DNA from: Chara braunii
Lineage: Eukaryota; Plantae; Charophyceae
NCBI GenBank assembly: GCA_003427395.1
Contig: BFEA01000025.1
Coordinates: forward strand, 3,888,066 to 3,941,583
Reading direction: 5' to 3'
DNA: 53,518 nt
Shown piece by piece: positions 46,406 through 53,518 of this stretch (its first letter is position 1; each line of letters starts with the position of its first letter). Under the pieces are notes generated by a model that saw only the letters and a list, made by a program, of their open reading frames with translations, had not been told where the DNA came from and did no database searches. Position numbers and translations under genes: made by a program.

Positions 46406-47180
46406 ATATAAATAAGAAAAAAATCAGAAAATCATATTAAGGCACACGATACACCCCTCTGTAGTCCTCAACCCTTGACGTGGCCTGATGAATGATGACC
46501 AAATTCAAGGACAAGGCTGAACTCCGACTGTGAAGAGCAAGTGCAGATCTGGAGCAATGTCAGATTTATGTCTGTCTTCTAATTCCTTCCCCCTTTTTTT
46601 TGTCTGCCCTGTTTTACCCAGTCAGATAGGGTGTGGCCCGACCTGGCTCGGTGCCAAATCCTGACACTGTAGGTCGGATTTGGTATGATTTGCTATTGTT
46701 CAAAGGATTTTACGCATTTAAATTTGTTGGGACCCACTTGAGGCCCTTGGGTCCCTGAATATGAATAGAATCATAAAAAAAGAAACTGCTGGGGGGAAAA
46801 AGTAACCCTGGGTGTGAGAAGAGAACCATACATTTGCGAAGAAGTTTGCTTGTTGGGTAGGTCGAGGAAATCGAGGAAATAATAAATGTTAGTCTTTTTA
46901 ATTTTTTGAATTTTTTTCATATCGGTGTACATTATCTATGTCCAGTGGTCTACCAAAGGGTACTTCACGAGCTTGACTCCTGTTTTTTTTTAAATTTTTC
47001 TTTCTTTTTTCTTTGGAGTCTGGGCAGGGCCTGCTTGCGGGAGTGATAAGGGCATCCCCCCTCTTCTATATGTAATCTCTTGTGTTTATTCTTCTTTGTT
47101 CGACTGTCCATTTCCATGTTTTGTAACATTTGTGGTGTGGTCTGTCCCTGGCTCCACCATCTCTTCCTGCCATGTATCAG

Positions 47181-47290
47181 CAATGCTATTGTCTGATCGG
47201 GAAAAACAGGTGTATGAGCTGCAGCAGAAAGTGAACAATAATGAAGCAGACTTGGTGAACAAGTTTCAAGGTGTACAGGATGAGATAAAG
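47181..47290 (+). CDS. Coiled-coil protein, internal exon
   Basis: TCAG acceptor and AAG/GTACG donor. 110 nt, phase 1 to 0. (A)MLLSDREKQVYELQQKVNNNEADLVNKFQGVQDEIK. Confidence 0.85.
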
Positions 47291-47440
47291 GTACGATGAC
47301 AAAGGCGAAACTACCAGCTTAGACTGGGTATTCTGAGTGCTGCACCGCAGTCGTTGTGAACAAGAAATGATTTGAGTAGTTGTTTTCCCCCTCCCCTTTT
47401 CTGGATATGTAGCAATTACTAAGTAGTAAGTACTACCAAG

Positions 47441-47549
47441 TACCGTCTTCACCCGAATAGGACGCCCGGTCATTATAGCTGTATTTGGTGCAACTCTCAG
47501 TCCAGATACGGCGATAATTACCGGGCGTTCTATTCGGGTCAAGACGGTA
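47441..47549. mobile_element. TA-flanked Tc1/mariner/pogo-type MITE
   Basis: TA-CCGTCTTCACCCGAATAGGACGCCCGGT ... ACCGGGCGTTCTATTCGGGTCAAGACGG-TA. Second copy at 53317-53425. Confidence 0.85.
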
Positions 47550-47917
47550 GTAAGATCAGCTGTGAAGAGCAACCTATCTTTTGAATGTGGCCTGATGGTC
47601 CACGGAATCAGATTATGAACTGATCAGAAGATTCAGAACAGATATTATCATACTTAAAAAAAATATTTGCCAAAGCCAAAAACTCTAAAAAAGTCTTAGA
47701 AAGGTGCCCAGGGATGTGGAGAGTAACCTTTCCTAGCAGTTCCTACTGCAGTTGTTTCTTGTTTTGGAAGAAGGGTTGTGGATTCAGCGGTGTCCAGGGC
47801 AATCGGGGTATTTTTTTACTTGAAAATTACTTCCCTTTTTCTCATAAACTTATGGTGCGAATGACACAAGTTGTCCAAATATTCACCGGAAGTGTGGTTG
47901 CTGATACTTGCCGCCGT

Positions 47918-48118
47918 AGAGGCAGCATTCCCGCTGACCGCATGCACGCTATTTTAAGTGCACATATGTAAATGATTATGAATGCTGGGGGGAACGTTTC
48001 AACTTGTTAAGTGGAGGCAGCATTCCCGCTGACCGCATGCACGCTATTTTAAGTTTTAACTGCACATATGTAAATGATTATGAATGCTGGGGGGAAACGT
48101 TTCAACTTGTTAAGTGGA
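47918..48118. repeat. ~100-bp tandem duplication
   Basis: GAGGCAGCATTCCCGCTGACCGCATGCACGCTATTTTAAG...AACTTGTTAAGTGGA occurs twice. Confidence 0.9.
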
Positions 48119-48908
48119 CCGCACTTCAATCAAGCAGTCTCGTCTATCGAGCGCACTTAAATCCAGGGGCAAAATCGGTCTAGCTCACCACAATCGAGTG
48201 AGGAATTAAATTGTAAAACCACCACCGTTCTGCCTAGCTAGACCTCCAGCACTCGTCGGTCTTGGCGAGGGGATAAAGAATATTAAAGATAAACTTGATC
48301 TACGAGTGGTAGCGAGAGGATAAAATGATAATAAAATCTGAAAATAATAATGGAAAGGGACATGCTGCTCTATAAGGGGAAATTTGGGGAAAATAATAAA
48401 ATATTTTTAAAATGAAAGAAAAATATTTTGCGAGGGGGTACATATAAATTTTGTCTATGAGTGCTATTGAGAGGATAAAATCTGAAAATAATCAAGGGTA
48501 CATGCTGCTGTATAACGGGAAAACGTATTCTAAAAATAGAAGGAGAATGTTTTGCCTTTCAGAAAAGTTATTGCGCTATTTTATTGTGATGCACATGGCT
48601 GGCATATTTAAGCCTGACCCAGGCAATGGTTCCGTTGTTCAGGGGCAGGCGAAATTGCCCATTGGAAACAAGATGCTGGGGATTAGTGGTGCGTGTTAAA
48701 GTCTATCCCACTTTAGAAAGGCCTAATAGTGGTGTCTTCCATACATCATGCAGATGTCTGCTAGCAGTCATCCAAAAGGCTTAGCTGCACTTGAACTGTG
48801 GTCCACAATCAAAGATAACACTACCAAAAATGCCAAATGATTAACCCCTGGTGTTTACATGGCTGTTCGTATTCACATGATACGGGTGTGGATGATTGGT
48901 CTATGCAG

Positions 48909-49049
48909 GTACTGCGTCATTATTATGAGGCTTTTGCTGGAGAGGTGCGGGCAGTCGTTCAAGGCTACTCAGTCTTGGATGATCCGGTGGCGAAAGCGTT
49001 GATGGCATCTGTTGTCAAGCTGAGTGAGTGCAGAAACGCCGTTATATAA
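48909..49049 (+). CDS. Coiled-coil protein, terminal coding exon
   Basis: TGCAG acceptor, phase 0. VLRHYYEAFAGEVRAVVQGYSVLDDPVAKALMASVVKLSECRNAVI, then TAA. Confidence 0.78.
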   Translation, partial: VLRHYYEAFAGEVRAVVQGYSVLDDPVAKALMASVVKLSECRNAVI

Positions 49050-52000
49050 GTCCGGAAACATGGAAGTACTACATGAACTGCAACAAAATAGTGGAACATA
49101 TACATTCACAAGTATTGCATCTCTTCTGTTTCAATTAACAAATGGAAGTTTGGGATCAATCTAGTTATAGGTTGTGGCTCGTGAGAAGGAAGGTCAGGGG
49201 GGGCATACAGAGGAAGGGGTGATGGAACAGTTATGGGCCTGATTGAGACGAAATCCGACGTGACATCCACGTGCTCCCATACGCGTGCGCAATGACAAGT
49301 GGACTTGGAGAGAGCAATCCACGCAAAAACCAAATGAGGAAAATACACGGCGGAAGCACACAAATTCCCGAAGTAGAATTGAATTGAGATTTGAAAATCA
49401 ATTGTAATTACCATCTCTCCCCAATTCAATCAGCAACACGGATTTTCCGAAGAATCCCCACCACGTTATCAACACCTGTGGACCAGTTACATACAAAGTT
49501 TCATCGAAGTATCCGGGAGTCTTCTTCTTCCTCCCACTATCCCCAAGCTCGAGCTATGGCGCCACTTCCACGTTCAGCGCCCAACCAGACAAGCCTGCAA
49601 ATGCCGCACACCCTCCTGAATCCAACACGTCACTTTGCACGACTCGTGAAACCCAGCTGCAGATCATGTGTCCACTCAGCAGGGGAGCGCAACTCCCAGG
49701 ATGAAGAAGAAGAACAACAACTCGATGAAGATGAAGGCCTGCCACATCGAAGGAGACTTCAAAGAGCTGCTTCGTGGCAGTTGCCCAAACCCCAACAGCA
49801 CACAAATCGGAGGAAGCGCTCTTCAGTACTTGGGCGCCTAGCCCACTGCTGTCATCAACAAAGCTGCTTCGCCCTAGCTATGGCCGCCAGCAGCGTGTGA
49901 AAATGATGCTGCCGTGCTGCTGAAAAATAGCGCTCCAGCTCCAACGCGACCTCTCACCCAGCTCGTGAGAAGAAGAATGAGCAAAAGGAACCCCGAGTGC
50001 CTCGCCAGCCTCCTATTTCTAGACACGACCTCTAGTTTGAACTAAGACGAGCAGAACACTAAGACGTACAGGCCTACACAAAAGCAGCAAAAAAGACGAA
50101 AGGAAACGGCCTAAAATGCTACAAAACTAAATTTAACTAATCTACTGAGTTATACAGCCCACTGCTAATCTGCAGTTTATTGCAGACCAGTGGAGGGGCA
50201 AGTCACCCGATCGATATCTACCCAATCTTTTGCTCCCATTTATTCCTCTAAAAGACTGTCGAAAAGCGTCAGAGATCTTCAGAGATCTCTCCTGCCATAT
50301 GTTTTCCATCCCTTCAGAAGCCCATGGAATTTACTTCCTCTCCAGGACTCCCCAGGCGTTTCTTGGAACTGCAGGGGGTTCTTGGAAACCCCCCTACTCT
50401 TGGCTCCCGGAGGCCTCTTTCCTCCTTCCCAGTTCATCAAAGTCCCCGCCTCTCACAGTCTGTGCCACCTGCGAGTGTATCAGCAGGTGTGATAGTGAGC
50501 CATTATGCGCTGTTACACAGCAGGATGCTCCCCTGATCTTCTGGCTGCTGATAAACTGCAAAGAGTCAGCAGCCAGGGATTTCCAACTGGCTGGCAACCA
50601 GAAGAGGAATACCGGAACGGAGGCACTGAAATAGGAAAGAAAGAGCCCACTGCATTCAGAAGAAAAACAAAATGTGTGAGGCCTTACTCTCGCGGAGGAG
50701 ACAATGTGCAAAACAAAAACTGCAAGCATCCATTGAAAAGAAAGAGCACACTCCATGTAGAAGAATAGCACAATGTGTGAGGCTTTACTCTCGCGGAGGA
50801 GACAATGTGCGAAAGAAAAAAGCTGCGAACATCCAACAAGGATGCTACAGCGTCGCCCTTCTGCCTCGTCCACTGAATGATCATCTGATCAAGTGTTGAA
50901 GAACTGTTGGGTTGGGCATAATGATGCTGAGGGATCCATATTTGAAGTACTGTTTGGATAGCCCCGAGTCCAATAATTATACAAAACCCCAATTTGAGGC
51001 GAGTACATGAATTGCAACAGGGGAATGAAGAGTAGGGCCCTCGCTCCACTAGACAACACTACGTGCATTTGGACTCTTTTCTGGACGGTTGAGTTCAGCA
51101 TTTCGAATGTATCGGGTCCAGAAAGCATCTGAATGCATGTAGTGTTGTGCAGTGGAGCAAGTGCCTAAGAGAGGAAGGGAAGTGAAAGAAGTCCAATCCA
51201 CACATGAGGCTCTTCATGAGATTTCTGATCTCGATGCATCTCTCTCTCATCGCACCACGTCGTGAGAATCTTCGTCACCCCGATATCTCCTCATCAGAGG
51301 ACTTCGTTGCTCTTCATCTAATGTCCATTGAAGAAGAACCCCACAGCTCCCAAACTGCTCCCTCCAGCGGACCACCTTGCTCATCTACGTGTCCGCGGCA
51401 ACTTTTGTACTTACCCATGTACACCCCCTACCTGTAAGTCCTGCTGCCAAATTTCAGTCCTAGACTCGTATTTCAATACTGCCCTTCCCAGGACACAGAA
51501 ACGGCAACACGGCCAAAGAGTACCGCGACATATGCAGTTGACCTGGAGCTCAGCAGAAAAAAGATGCAGATTCATTCACAAGCAAATCAATGCAGGTTGC
51601 ACATGAAAATCTGAATGTGGAGCATTATGGACGCATAAAAAGACCGTAACTTCTCAGAAAAACACAGAGTTTCAGGCTGTGATCTGTGCTGATCATTGCA
51701 CGTTGTTCTTCTGATGGGGGTAAAAGGGAAAAAACTTCAAAAAAGCCTAAAAAAAGGAAAAACGGCGCACTTCTGCGGTGCGCCGTGCGGTGCGCATGCG
51801 CCATGCGCCATGCGCAAATTTTGATGCGCTCTTTTTTTTTTTTTTTTTTTTTTNNNNNNNNNNNNNNNNNNNNNNNNNNNNNNNNNNNNNNNNNNNNNNN
51901 NNNNNNNNNNNNNNNNNNNNNNNNNNNNNNNNNNNNNNNNNNNNNNNNNNNNNNNNNNNNNNNNNNNNNNNNNNNNNNNNNNNNNNNNNNNNNNNNNNNN

Positions 52001-52753
52001 NNNNNNNNNNNNNNNNNNNNNNNNNNNNNNNNNNNNNNNNNNNNNNNNNNNNNNNNNNNNNNNNNNNNNNNNNNNNNNNNNNNNNNNNNNNNNNNNNNNN
52101 NNNNNNNNNNNNNNNNNNNNNNNNNNNNNNNNNNNNNNNNNNNNNNNNNNNNNNNNNNNNNNNNNNNNNNNNNNNNNNNNNNNNNNNNNNNNNNNNNNNN
52201 NNNNNNNNNNNNNNNNNNNNNNNNNNNNNNNNNNNNNNNNNNNNNNNNNNNNNNNNNNNNNNNNNNNNNNNNNNNNNNNNNNNNNNNNNNNNNNNNNNNN
52301 NNNNNNNNNNNNNNNNNNNNNNNNNNNNNNNNNNNNNNNNNNNNNNNNNNNNNNNNNNNNNNNNNNNNNNNNNNNNNNNNNNNNNNNNNNNNNNNNNNNN
52401 NNNNNNNNNNNNNNNNNNNNNNNNNNNNNNNNNNNNNNNNNNNNNNNNNNNNNNNNNNGACCCATAACCGAGAATCCGAGATGCACATCCCTGAATTCGA
52501 ATCCAGAGTATATATTCTCTGCTCACGCTGGTGACTGGAAGTTTGAAGTTCACGTCTGGTGCACGTAGGGTCCTAGCTAATTCGCTATAGGGGCCCTTCG
52601 AAAAAGAGGCTGGACACAATTAGGACATGAATACTCGCATCTATAGACGAGTCCCCACAGTTTCGGGGTATCGCGTGGCCCAAAATTTTCCCCCTCTTGC
52701 TTTCTAATTTTTAGAAGTGAGGGGAGTGCTTGGCCACCCCACTCTGAACTTTC

Positions 52754-52789
<36 letters not shown>

Positions 52790-53316
52790 CGCCGCATCAC
52801 GTGTGGCGCACCTCATGCGCGTGCGCTTTGCGCCGCATGTGCCGCGCCCCCGCGCATGAGATGCGCCGCAAGTATGGAAAAAACTTTAGAAAGGGATGAA
52901 AATGGGGTCAGTCTGGTCATTCCAGAAGATGCTGTGAAAATGTGGTGAAAAAAAAAGCGAATGATGATTTGAAGATGAGGAAAGAAAGAACTAAAACAAC
53001 AACAGCAAACTCCAACTGCAATGTTGCAAACCATGATAAGTTTTTGCAGTGTTGTTGCTTTGACCGTATACCTCATGTGGCACTGTCATGCTCTGCGTGT
53101 GCAATGTGGATGGCGTTTGCGCTGCGGAGAATGTTTGGCATCTGTTGATGAAGCCTTGATCCCTCATCAATGGACTCGTTTTCACCGTGCCGTTTGCACT
53201 CCTTTATTTGGTGTCCCATGTGATCGATGGGCCTTACCTTTGCGCTGTCTTGATGTGACTTGTAAGCTGAAACAGTGCGAGACATATGTTGTGTGTATTG
53301 TGAGTGTCTAGAAATG

Positions 53317-53425
53317 TACCTTCTTCCCCCGAATACAACGTACGGTCGTTATGGCTGTATCTAGGCAGAAAGATGCCTCAAATACAGCTATAATGACTGT
53401 GCGTTGTATTCGGGGGAAGAAGGTA
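53317..53425. mobile_element. TA-flanked Tc1/mariner/pogo-type MITE (same family as 47441)
   Basis: TA-CCTTCTTCCCCCGAATACAACG ... CGTTGTATTCGGGGGAAGAAGG-TA. Confidence 0.85.
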
Positions 53426-53518
53426 GGTTCTCAAAATTGCGTGTTTTCACTGTTTTGATGCATACTGGTTATTTTAGTATTGGAATTTTGTGATTTTTTT
53501 TTTTTTTTTTTTTTTTTT

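Noticed and set aside
49100-51620. Coding gene or LTR-retrotransposon remnant
   Set aside because: No recognisable domain motifs, termini or TSD. There is only a short direct repeat at ~50672 and ~50775.
51760-52890. hAT-like element with GCGC subterminal repeats
   Set aside because: The motif clusters are suggestive, but a gap intervenes and no TIR or TSD could be defined.

Overview
Eukaryotic, repeat-dense genomic scaffold. A plant-type U6 sequence, multi-kb GT-AG introns, degenerate CCCTAAA repeats and L1/Tx1 LINEs suggest a green plant or streptophyte alga. A Chara-like genome is a guess that the sequence cannot prove. Four N gaps and three Nextera adapter remnants are assembly artefacts. 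The only host gene I can support is the four 3' exons (40512-49049, + strand, matching splice phases) of an unidentified coiled-coil protein. The rest is layered transposon debris: a decayed 5.3-kb L1/Tx1 LINE (APE, RT, zinc finger), several 5'-truncated retro-insertions with target-site duplications (TSDs), an internally deleted PIF/Harbinger element and related MITEs, seven TTAA-targeting MITEs, TA-targeting MITEs, solo LTRs, tRNA-headed SINE-like elements, and an old ~135-bp tandem array. Two observations stand out. (1) About 10 copies of a ~55-nt hairpin plus H-type pseudoknot RNA module, with compensatory base changes, lie near the poly(A) tails of otherwise dissimilar retroelements, including both LINEs. 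It is a candidate shared 3' recognition or stability element. (2) A complete retroposed U6 snRNA copy (14-bp TSD, A-rich tail) is split into three pieces by a TTAA MITE and a 1.1-kb tRNA-headed element. All coordinates and alignments were read by eye.
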